Shown: piece after piece, positions 1 through 9,100 of the stretch
How positions within the stretch are numbered: the first letter of the stretch is position 1
Layout of the letters: each line of letters opens with the position of its first letter
NCBI GenBank assembly: GCA_964589775.1
Contig: CAZPUN010000033.1
Span: forward strand, 1 to 32,000
Direction of reading: 5' to 3'
DNA from: an uncultured archaeon
GTDB taxonomy: Archaea; Asgardarchaeota; Thorarchaeia; Thorarchaeales; CAZPUN01
Length of the DNA stretch: 32,000 nucleotides
The notes under the pieces: generated by a model
Databases searched by the model: none
Seen by the model: only the letters and a program-made list of their open reading frames with translations
Told to the model about the DNA's origin: nothing
Translations under genes and position numbers: made by a program

Positions 1-1
1 T

Positions 2-265
2 ATATATGTAGATAATCGTGAGGTTGAGATTAATTTTTACGGTGAAGGTCTCAAGGACGGGCGAGAGATTATAATTATAGGCGAATCCAAGAATCGAATC
101 TATAATAAGGATGTGAAACAATTCATCAAGAATTTAGAGCTAATATTGAAATACTTTGAAGGTAAAGAAGTCTGTACATTTATGTTCGGATTTGCAATCC
201 ATCCCAGTGCAGTCGAAATTGCCGAAAAACACAACATTCATCTCATTGTTTCTTATAAGCGATAG
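2..265 (+). CDS. 3' end of a PD-(D/E)XK-like (restriction endonuclease-fold) domain protein, truncated by the window start
   Basis: Not in the ORF track. Frame 2 is open from base 2 to TAG at 263-265: IYVDNREVEINFYGEGLKDGREIIIIGESKNRIYNKDVKQF...FGFAIHPSAVEIAEKHNIHLIVSYKR*. It has EIN...GExK spacing and an ending typical of these domains. A T-tract follows. Confidence 0.65.
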   Translation: MYVDNREVEINFYGEGLKDGREIIIIGESKNRIYNKDVKQFIKNLELILKYFEGKEVCTFMFGFAIHPSAVEIAEKHNIHLIVSYKR

Positions 266-373
266 CCCTTTTTCTTTAATCTTAGACGATATAATAAAAG
301 GAAATGCATAACTTATTATATAATTGTGTAATAACTATATTTTAGAATAATATGATTTGGAGGAATATTATAT

Positions 374-1615
374 ATGGAAATACCGTTTCTATCTGATTTT
401 ATTAGAAAATTACGATTATTCTTTTCATCAAATGTTATGAAATGGTACACATTAATTTTTATTTTGGTAATATTACTTGAACGAGTAATAACGGGAGTAG
501 ATACTGTATTACAAGGGCAACCCATTCAAGGTACGCTGTTTGTCATGCTATTCATAGGTGGCGGCGGTATGACCCTATTTCTAATTACAGGGATATTAGT
601 CGCACTTAACATGCAGAAGTTAATCTACAATGATGAGAACATACTGATTACAATAATCCAAACTGCGATTTGGTACATGATTTCAGCATTTTTGTTTATT
701 GTAATGATTAATATATTTGCATGGGGCCTTTTAATGTTCTTATTTGTTTTTAGTTGGATAGGGTGGCTGATCTATCAATCATATACAGCTTCCGAGACAA
801 GTGTAAAATTAGCTACAATTGCAAAGATTCCGGAGATTACCCCATTACATGCAACAATAGCAAAGATAGCAAGCTACTTAACAATAATAATAACATTTGG
901 TTCTATTGGCATGATATTACTATCAATTTTACATCTAACACCATTTTTGTCAGGTTTAGCATTAATTGGAGCTACATTTCTACTTATGTTCTTCATATGG
1001 GATTATGCAAACTATAGGTATTCACTCTCTAACAAGCAAGCAGTAGCGTTTAATTATTCATTACTTGGAGTATTCGTAACGGGATACGCAGGCTATTTCG
1101 CATATAACCTCTTCATGGCAAAAGATCCTGGCTTGGACCCATTATCAATTACAATTTCGGTAGTTACAATTTTCTACTCCATGGCAGGCGCAGGAGACCT
1201 CATTTCAAGAAAAATGGTAGAATCTGAAGTACTAAAGAGTCGTTGGCAGGCAGGAATTTTCGGAGTGTACTTCTTTGCATCAGGATTCTTCTTTATGGAT
1301 TCATTAATTACAGTGCTTGCCCCAGACCCAGGTGCTGGCGCAGCCCTTAAGAACTTGGTAAAAATTGTAGTGTTCCCATTAGTAGCAGCAATTGTCGGAT
1401 TTATTAGATTAAGGAAAGTCCAAAGAGGTATTTTGGCTAGCATGAGAGGAGAACCCGAAGAGCCTACCTATGAGATTCCAGAAGAACCAGAACCGGATGA
1501 AGCACAAGATGAAACGTTAGAACCACCAGAACCGGAACCATTAGAACCAGATGAAGCACAAGATGAAACGTTAGAACCACCTGAGCCACCAAAAGTAACA
1601 GATGATGATGAATAA
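374..1615 (+). CDS. Uncharacterised polytopic membrane protein (~10-11 TM) with an acidic, Pro-rich, repetitive C-terminal tail
   Basis: 413-aa ORF with many hydrophobic helices, then the tail GEPEEPTYEIPEEPEPDEAQDETLEPPEPEPLEPDEAQDETLEPPEPPKVTDDDE. Confidence 0.8.
   Translation: MEIPFLSDFIRKLRLFFSSNVMKWYTLIFILVILLERVITGVDTVLQGQPIQGTLFVMLFIGGGGMTLFLITGILVALNMQKLIYNDENILITIIQTAIWYMISAFLFIVMINIFAWGLLMFLFVFSWIGWLIYQSYTASETSVKLATIAKIPEITPLHATIAKIASYLTIIITFGSIGMILLSILHLTPFLSGLALIGATFLLMFFIWDYANYRYSLSNKQAVAFNYSLLGVFVTGYAGYFAYNLFMAKDPGLDPLSITISVVTIFYSMAGAGDLISRKMVESEVLKSRWQAGIFGVYFFASGFFFMDSLITVLAPDPGAGAALKNLVKIVVFPLVAAIVGFIRLRKVQRGILASMRGEPEEPTYEIPEEPEPDEAQDETLEPPEPEPLEPDEAQDETLEPPEPPKVTDDDE
1489..1581 (+). 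repeat. In-frame direct repeat with a 54-bp period (18 aa, EPDEAQDETLEPPEP..)
   Basis: gatgaagcacaagatgaaacgttagaaccacc occurs identically at 1496-1527 and 1550-1581. The match extends to 39 bp with one mismatch. Confidence 0.95.
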
Positions 1616-1624
1616 ACTTATACA

Positions 1625-1639
1625 TTCCTTTTTTTATTC
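1625..1639 (+). terminator. Archaeal oligo-T terminator candidate
   Basis: Run of seven T (1629-1635) just after the stop at 1615. Confidence 0.5.
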
Positions 1640-1691
1640 AAAGAGCTAAAATTATAAGTATTTTTTTAATTTCAAAACATGTGAGTTAAAA

Positions 1692-2243
1692 ATGTATGAA
1701 GGTGAGTTAGTATTCTTAAGAGAATTGGAAGTATTTGATGTAGACGAAATTATTCGCGAAATAAATAATGTAGAGCTAAGAAAATACATGAACTCAATAG
1801 TTCCAATTTCAGCAGAATCTGAAAAAGAATGGATTATTAGAAAAAACAAATTAATGCAAGACGGAAAAGAATATACATTTGCGATATGTCGCAAGTCGGA
1901 TGGCCAAATCATTGGAACGACTTCTTTATTCAATTTTAATCACATAATACGAAGTGCAGAATTGGGTATTATGATCTATTCTCCAAAGAATTGGGGTAAA
2001 GGCTATGGCACAGATGCATTACGAGTGCTATTGAATTTTGGTTTTAATACTCTAAATCTTCATAAAATATCATTATATACCTTTGAATATAATGAGCGTG
2101 CAATAAGCGCATATAAAAAAGTAGGATTTAAAGAAATGGGAAGACTTAGAGATGAACGATTCTGGAATGGTAAATACTATGATGCAATATACATGGAAAT
2201 ACTAGAAAAAGAATGGAAAAATTTAGAACATAACAACAAATAA
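1692..2243 (+). CDS. GNAT family N-acetyltransferase, RimJ/RimL type
   Basis: Contains AELGIMI, the acetyl-CoA motif WGKGYGTDAL, FGFNTLNLHKISL and NERAISAYKKVGFKEMGRLR. Confidence 0.92.
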   Translation: MYEGELVFLRELEVFDVDEIIREINNVELRKYMNSIVPISAESEKEWIIRKNKLMQDGKEYTFAICRKSDGQIIGTTSLFNFNHIIRSAELGIMIYSPKNWGKGYGTDALRVLLNFGFNTLNLHKISLYTFEYNERAISAYKKVGFKEMGRLRDERFWNGKYYDAIYMEILEKEWKNLEHNNK

Positions 2244-2260
2244 AATCGGTGATAAAAAGC

Positions 2261-3457
2261 TTGAAGTACGACATAACAGTAATAGGTGGAGGACCTGCAG
2301 GATCATCAGCTGCGTATTTTCTCGCAAGAAGAGGATTTAAAGTTGCATTAGTTGATAAGAAGAAGTTTCCTCGAGATAAATTATGTGGAGGAGCTTTTTC
2401 ACCGGACCTAATCAAGAGATTCCCGACCCTATTTAAAAATCATGATGAGTTTGTTGAAGCCGTTAGTACGGAAGGAATAATACATTCTACAAATTTGCAG
2501 ATAGAACTTTCAGGAAAAGTTTCTATGATTACAGTTCTTAGAAAGAAATTTGATAATTATATTCTAAATAGAGCAAGAGATTCTGGAGCCGATATATTTG
2601 AGAAATGGCATGCTAAGAATATAAAAATCAATAAGAATAAAGCAATTGTACAATCTAAGAAAGAAGAAATCATATCAGATATTGTGATAATAGCTGAGGG
2701 AGCTTCAGGAACACTTGCTGAAAGAGCAAAAACTAGAAAATCATGGTCGAGAAAAGACCTCATTGTATCATTTGCAAATGAAATCTATGTGGGTAAAAGT
2801 ACTGTTGATGAAATATATAGCGATTCTAAACCATTTCACTTTTTCATAAATTTTGGAAATAAGCCAGGTTATGCATGGATCTTTCCAAAAAAGGAGCATA
2901 TAAACATAGGATTGGGAACGTATCTCGCAACATCAAAAGATGCAAAATACACCTATCAAGGATTTTTCAAATTTTTATTAAAGAACAAATATTTACCGAA
3001 GATAAATATGCCACGATTTAGAGCAGCAATGATACCAATTCGAGGCCCACCTAATAAAACATATAGTAACAGAATATTACTTGTTGGTGATAGTGCAGGC
3101 ATGGTAAGCCCAATCACAGGCGGTGGAATAAAGCTTGGAATAATATCTTCCGATATCGCATCTAAAACAATTATTAAATTACACAACGAGGGCAAAGAAT
3201 ATACAGAAGAAAATCTTGCATTGTATGAAACCATTTGGAAAAAGAAATTACTCAAGAAATTTAAATCGGAATTAATAGTACAGAAAGTATTTACATCATC
3301 ATTTGTCGATGCGTTATTCAGAATAGGAGCATCAGATGAAATACTGCAAAAAATGACTGTAGACATGCTATCTGAGGATAAGAAAGCCAAACCCTCTACA
3401 AGTTCATATTTATTAAGAGTTGGAATCGCTTTACTAAAAGGAACATTCCATATTTAA
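2261..3457 (+). CDS. Geranylgeranyl reductase family FAD-dependent oxidoreductase
   Basis: Contains GGGPAGS (Rossmann), FPRDKLCGG, PGYAWIFP (YxWxFP) and GDSAGMVSPITGGGI. The ORF track starts at GTG 2249, but GGTGA at 2248-2252 looks like the SD for TTG 2261, giving MKYDITVIGGG. Confidence 0.9.
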   Translation: MKYDITVIGGGPAGSSAAYFLARRGFKVALVDKKKFPRDKLCGGAFSPDLIKRFPTLFKNHDEFVEAVSTEGIIHSTNLQIELSGKVSMITVLRKKFDNYILNRARDSGADIFEKWHAKNIKINKNKAIVQSKKEEIISDIVIIAEGASGTLAERAKTRKSWSRKDLIVSFANEIYVGKSTVDEIYSDSKPFHFFINFGNKPGYAWIFPKKEHINIGLGTYLATSKDAKYTYQGFFKFLLKNKYLPKINMPRFRAAMIPIRGPPNKTYSNRILLVGDSAGMVSPITGGGIKLGIISSDIASKTIIKLHNEGKEYTEENLALYETIWKKKLLKKFKSELIVQKVFTSSFVDALFRIGASDEILQKMTVDMLSEDKKAKPSTSSYLLRVGIALLKGTFHI

Positions 3458-3474
3458 CTAAAGAAGGCATAAGC

Positions 3475-4989
3475 ATGACAGAAGAACAAAAAGTCATCCG
3501 TGGAGCTACATATTTGTTCATAAAAGACATAATAACAAACGGCTCATCAATTATATTTTTCATGTTCATTGCGAGAATTCTAACAAAAACTGAAGTTGGT
3601 GTGCTAATTGCACTAACAATGATCGTGACATTCTTTAATTACTTTGGAACCCTTGCACTCCCAGAAGCCGCTTCAAAGTATATTTCCGAAAGCATTGGTA
3701 AGAAGGATCTTGATTCTGCAAAAGGCTATACAATGCGGATTATCTCAATAGGGCTTATTCTAAGCACAATTTCAGCTGTTTCATCATTTATGTTTTCAAA
3801 TGGAATCTCATTATTATTGTTTAAGACAAATACCTACAATGAAATAATAATGATCTTATCTATTGATGTGTTCTTCTTTGTGCTAATTAATTTTCTACGT
3901 GGAACGGCAAGAGGTTGGCAGAACTTTTCGGCTATCGCAGTTTCAGATACTATAGAATATGTTTTGAAATTTGGAATTGCACTCATATTAGTATTTACAG
4001 GATTGGGAATTTATGGAATCATTATTGGTTGGATATTAGGTGATTCGATAGGTGCTGGCGCTTATTTCATGGCGTTAGGCACAAAAGATTATTCCAAGTC
4101 ACATGTTCCAATAAAGCATCTTCTTGTTTATTCATTTCCGCTTTACGGTTCATTAATTGCGGAATATTTAACGATGAATATCGATAAGTTCTTTGTACTT
4201 ACATATTTAACTACAGCAGAACTGGGAATATATGGTGCAGTAGTAACAGTTGTAGGAATCGCAAGCATTGTATATGCATCTATGTCTGGAGTCCTCTTTC
4301 CAAAATTTTCGGAACTAAATGCAGATAGGCATGAAAAAATGATTTCAGCGGCTAAAAAATCATCAAAATTCGTCGCGTTAGTTAGTGCACCTATAGCATT
4401 CGGACTTGCGTCAATATCTTATGAAGTGCTTGTACTATTTCTAGGACCTGCATATGGTGAAGGAGCCCATGCATTAACATTAATTTCGTTAAGTTTGATT
4501 CCAGTAAGCTTAACAGCAGTTGTGAATTCTCTATTATTGTCAAAAGGTCATACACAAGATATATTAAAAAGCCAATTATTAGGCGTTTTTACAGGTACCG
4601 CAGCATCAATATACTTTACAGCATCATTAGGACTAATAGGCGCTGCAATAAGTCGAGTTATATTAATGATTTCGATCTTTTCTCTTGCAGCATATCTCGC
4701 ATATAAGAAATTAGGAAACTTTCTAGACCTTCATAACATTAAGAAGATTTGGATTGCATCTTTTGGAATGTTTCTATTCGTTATTGTGGGTAGATTGATT
4801 TTTCAAGTATATATATCATCGTTGATACTATTATCTATAACTGAAATCATAATAGGCATGTTTTCATATGGTGCCTTATTACGTATAGGGCATGTAATTA
4901 CAGAACAGGATATCAAGACCATATCATCGATGCTACCTGCAAAATTAAGAGGAATTTTCGTAAGAACTTTGACGATCATTTTCAGTTAA
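3475..4989 (+). CDS. MOP-superfamily oligosaccharide/polysaccharide flippase (Wzx/AglR-like)
   Basis: 504 aa with ~12-14 TM. Motifs: ARILTKTEVG, LALPEAASKYISE, YSFPLY...NIDKFFV...ELGIYG, LFPKFSE and LGLIGAAIS. Confidence 0.88.
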   Translation: MTEEQKVIRGATYLFIKDIITNGSSIIFFMFIARILTKTEVGVLIALTMIVTFFNYFGTLALPEAASKYISESIGKKDLDSAKGYTMRIISIGLILSTISAVSSFMFSNGISLLLFKTNTYNEIIMILSIDVFFFVLINFLRGTARGWQNFSAIAVSDTIEYVLKFGIALILVFTGLGIYGIIIGWILGDSIGAGAYFMALGTKDYSKSHVPIKHLLVYSFPLYGSLIAEYLTMNIDKFFVLTYLTTAELGIYGAVVTVVGIASIVYASMSGVLFPKFSELNADRHEKMISAAKKSSKFVALVSAPIAFGLASISYEVLVLFLGPAYGEGAHALTLISLSLIPVSLTAVVNSLLLSKGHTQDILKSQLLGVFTGTAASIYFTASLGLIGAAISRVILMISIFSLAAYLAYKKLGNFLDLHNIKKIWIASFGMFLFVIVGRLIFQVYISSLILLSITEIIIGMFSYGALLRIGHVITEQDIKTISSMLPAKLRGIFVRTLTIIFS

Positions 4990-4999
4990 TATATATTAG

Positions 5000-5017
5000 A
5001 AATAAAAAAATAAAAAA
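5000..5017 (-). terminator. Oligo-T terminator candidate for the minus-strand gene ending at 5018
   Basis: The plus-strand A-tract aaataaaaaaataaaaaa reads as T-runs on the minus strand immediately after the stop. Confidence 0.5.
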
Positions 5018-6028
5018 TTAAATTTGTGAGAGTAGATTTAATGGAAAGTCTTTGGCTATCCGACTCTGAATGAGCTGATAAACTTCGTCACTAATGATGT
5101 TTTTGTCTTTTATTTGCGCATCTAAATCGCATATTGCCCGTTCGATTAAAGCATATAATACACGATTATATTTTCTTGAAAGAAAGAATACAATGAGTTC
5201 GCTGCATTTAATAAACTGCAATATGTATCCTTCAAAGATAACATAGCGAATGTCGATTTGTGCTTTCCCGAGTGATTGTGAAATCAGATAAAATATTTCA
5301 GATAATTTATCAATCGACTTTTCAGAAAGTAATGTCTTTGAAAATAACTCAACACCAGTTATATGATATATATGAATTGATTGGACCTTTATTGACACAA
5401 CATAGATAAGAAGTGGTTCTTTTATTACTGCGATTAATAGAAGTGAATCGGCTATTGCAACTACAATTGGAATATATAACTGCAGAGTTTCAAATAACAC
5501 TGATGCAAGCTGAAGAGAAATTTCAGAGCTAAAGCCAAATAATAGAGATACTATGAAAAGATTTGAATACTTTTTATTTAACTTATAAATTTTTGAGGCT
5601 TTGTAGATCTCGTAAGATAGATACATTACAAAAATACCAACAATAATGAACATAATGCCACTTATTAAGTTCAAAGTATCGCTAAACTGAACAAAAATGC
5701 CAATTACAACGTTTTCATCAAAGCTCTGCATAAATAAAACTCCAAAAAGAAATGCAAGAGCAATTTCAATAGGTACAAACCTTTGAAAAATCAATTCTAT
5801 GAAAATAAAAAAAATCAATACGCTAATAATCCCTGAAAAATAGCCGATTATTCCAAACAAAGAAATTCTTGTCAAAATAGCCATCGTTTCGAAAAAGCCT
5901 CTGACACCTAAAAGGATAGAAAATAACGCAAATGATAATAACAACTTACTGCTTCTGCGTATTGAAAAATGTGTTAAAACAAGCCCATTCATAAATAGGA
6001 TTAGCCCACAAACTAATGGAACTATTAT
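5018..6028 (-). CDS. Probable 7TM membrane protein with a C-terminal soluble longin/roadblock-like domain
   Basis: The ORF track gives 5018-5992 (ATG). The frame stays open for 12 more codons to ATA 6028, which lies 6 nt after GGAGGTG. This gives seven hydrophobic segments followed by EPLLIYVVSIKVQSIHIYHITGVELFSK... The fold call is inference. Confidence 0.7.
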   Translation of the reverse strand: MIVPLVCGLILFMNGLVLTHFSIRRSSKLLLSFALFSILLGVRGFFETMAILTRISLFGIIGYFSGIISVLIFFIFIELIFQRFVPIEIALAFLFGVLFMQSFDENVVIGIFVQFSDTLNLISGIMFIIVGIFVMYLSYEIYKASKIYKLNKKYSNLFIVSLLFGFSSEISLQLASVLFETLQLYIPIVVAIADSLLLIAVIKEPLLIYVVSIKVQSIHIYHITGVELFSKTLLSEKSIDKLSEIFYLISQSLGKAQIDIRYVIFEGYILQFIKCSELIVFFLSRKYNRVLYALIERAICDLDAQIKDKNIISDEVYQLIQSRIAKDFPLNLLSQI

Positions 6029-6034
6029 ACTCTA

Positions 6035-6041
6035 CACCTCC
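6035..6041 (-). promoter_or_regulatory. Shine-Dalgarno GGAGGTG
   Basis: Plus strand cacctcc. It lies 6 nt upstream of the in-frame ATA at 6028 and 42 nt upstream of the first ATG. Confidence 0.65.
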
Positions 6042-6082
6042 TGATAATAAAAGTGAAAAACTCATTTAAAATTATTTTTATC

Positions 6083-6123
6083 AAAAATATCAAAAAATAA
6101 ATAAAAAATAGAGAAAAAGGAAA
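6083..6123 (-). terminator. Multiple oligo-T tracts terminating the giant-gene transcript
   Basis: The minus strand reads tttcctttttctctattttttatttattttttgatattttt just after the stop at 6127. Confidence 0.55.
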
Positions 6124-6126
6124 GAT

Positions 6127-9100
6127 TTATTTCAGACCCAAAGTCTTCAAAAGTTCCTCAGCATCTGCGCGACTAAGTTCCCTTGCTTGTTCGACTACAA
6201 GTTCAATTTCATCTATATCCATACCCATTTCCATGAGCCTACGTCGCATTTCGTCGAGCTCCTCTGGTGAAAGCTTATCCTCTTTCTCTGCTTCTTTAGG
6301 TACTTCAACTGCAGATTCGGCCTTTCTCTTAGCGATCTCTTCAGCTCTACGGGCTTGCTCTTGCTTGATAACCTCTTTGACGAACCCAACTCGCTCACTT
6401 GGTCTCATCTTATACAAGTCTTGCTTGAATGCTTCAATTTCTTCTGGGCCTAAATCAGTTAATTCTGCAAGTTCTCTTAGTAGGTCATCAAGTTCTGGAA
6501 TCTCGATCTTTATTGTTTCCGGCTCAATGTCTTCATCAGTCTTTGTAATTGAATATGGAGCCAAGAACTCATTTACGATATGGAGCAATATCTTTCCACG
6601 ACTGGGAGCCAAGGGAGCCTTAGGTATCTTACCCTTAGAGAGCGATTTAATCAATCTGTTAATCACACGAATTTCTTTTGGTACGCTAAGTACCTTGACA
6701 TAAACTATTACAAATAAGGATATGAACAGAATTGCAATTCCAGCACCAAACATAGTTCTAACTGCAGCTGCCTGCGCTTCAGAGATCTGTGAAATAACTG
6801 TTACCTGAATTGATTGAGGCTCATAGTTTTCCTTCGCTAAACCAATAGTAATAGGGATACTACCCTGACCAGTTATGTGAAGATATATGACGTAAGTTCC
6901 ATTATTGTAATCAATTGTAGCATTGTAATCTACTTCAACACGGTTATTGTCAGCATTAATTGTAACGGTAGCATTTGATATTCCAACATTGTGGAAAGTA
7001 TCCCAGTAGGTAACACGAATCGATAGATAAGCACCAGGTGAACTTTCAATTGATGTCTTAGGTGTGGTTAAGCTCGTAGGAATGGGTACAATTTTAAGAG
7101 TAATTACTGCAGTACTACGTGAATAGTTTGTCTTTTCAAATGTTAAGTCCAAGGTGTAAATTCCAAGTTTCAGGGTTGAAAGCACTGGAAATACATAAGT
7201 TCCATTGCCGAGATCATATAATTGTGTAATTCCACCGATCCAGCTGGCAATTGCAAATGCATTCGGAATTGTCTCATTATTTAGAATGTCTTTGTAGGTA
7301 AATGTCAAATTCTTTGCTACTGTGACCGGTACAGTGTATGTGTAATTTGCAATAATAGTTGTAGGAATTTCATTGACGACTAATGTTACAATTCCAGTAG
7401 AAATACGATAGTTGGATTTTGCAAATCGGATCTTTATATTATAATCTCCGGGTACAACCGCACCAGTATTTATCGTGAAGTAATAGAGACCATTTCCAAG
7501 TTCGGTAAGAGTTCCAGAGCCACCATCCCAAGTGAATGTAGCATCCGCATTTTCAACAGGAACGTCATTATGCGTGTCATTGTAGCGTAAGTAGAATGTG
7601 ACATTTCTGCCATAGTATTCTGTAATCGTAGAATTCAATGCAGTGAATTTGGTAGGTATGTCTTGAATATTAATTGTTATTGTAATAGTAGCTACAGAGT
7701 AGCCGGGCTTGCTAGCACGAATTGTTAGGAAGAATGTACCTACAGATAGTGTTGTTGTATCAATTGTAACTGAATACCAACCACTTCCAAATTCATTTAG
7801 AGATCCTTCAAGTCCAGTAGTCTTGTAGGTTACATTTGCATGAGTAATTGCCAAATTATGTGCAGTATCATTAAAGTATACAAGTATAGAGAGCGTATCA
7901 GTATATATCGGGTCGTAAATTAATTGACCATTGAGTACATTCAATGTAGTGGGTATTGGAGTAACACGAACTGTGATGTAAATCGTTGCATCAACACGAT
8001 CATGAATGCTTGCAGATACTGTGAGTACATATGTACCGATGCTCAGTGGTGAAGTATCAATATTTGCAACATAAAATCCTGCTGTTCCATTTTCAGCCAT
8101 AGTACCAGTTACATTTCCAATTGAGTATGTAATGTTAGCACCTACAATAGGTTGTCCAGTGTTTGTCTGGTTATAGAACACCCACAGTGGTAGATGTACA
8201 CCTTCAATGACTGAGATAGAGTAATGTTCAGTAATGAGTTCTGATTCAGCTTTATATACTACCACATTAATCTGTGTAATTCGGGTCTGATGATTTGTTT
8301 TTGCGGCAGTGATAGACGCAACATAAGTTCCAATTGGATTTGTAGAAGTATCTAAGATCAAGCGATAATATCCATTACCAAGTTCTGTGAAGTTGTATTC
8401 GTTTGTATTCCAAATTAAGGTAAGAGTCACATTGAGTACTGGTTCGTTTGCATACGTGTTGTTAATATAGGCATCAATTTGAATTAAATCGCCCCAATAT
8501 GCTGTGTATGTTGTCTTAGTTAAGACAATTCCCATTGGAATTGCACCGGGCTGGATTGAAAGTCTGGAAGTTATGTTTGCATAAAGATACTTGTTAGCAT
8601 AAACGTTGAAGCTATAAACAATAGCACCAAGACCCGTTGTGTTAATTGTGAGCTGATAAACTCCATTACCTATCTCTGCAACTGTTGTACTCGTATGATA
8701 TAGTTCAGTCCAATTAGAGCTAATGGTAGCACCAATTATTGGAACATTATGATCAATATCAGTGAGTGTAAGATTAATTATTATTGGGTCGCCCACTGGT
8801 ATTGAAGCTGGCTCAGGAATATCTGCTTGAATCTTCATCTGAATTGCACGAACTGTCGCAGGAATCGCACTTGTAGTGATATTAGAGTAGAACGGAGCTA
8901 TATCACTAACATTGAGCGAGAATACAAACATGAAATTACCAATTTTGTTAAATTGACCTGAAGGCACGATTAGGCGATACAAACCATTTCCGAGTGCTAT
9001 TGTGTAATTTATAATGGAACTCTTGTTCAAACATACGAAATACATTTGTGCATTATTAATCGGCTTGCTATTAATGTAATCACGGAATAATAGGGTGATA

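Noticed and set aside
316-3390. Short alternative-frame or antisense ORFs (316-525, 754-1017, 1174-1443, 1652-1933, 2146-2415, 2557-2763, 2956-3390)
   Set aside because: All overlap longer, well-supported genes and have no recognisable motifs, so they are shadow ORFs.
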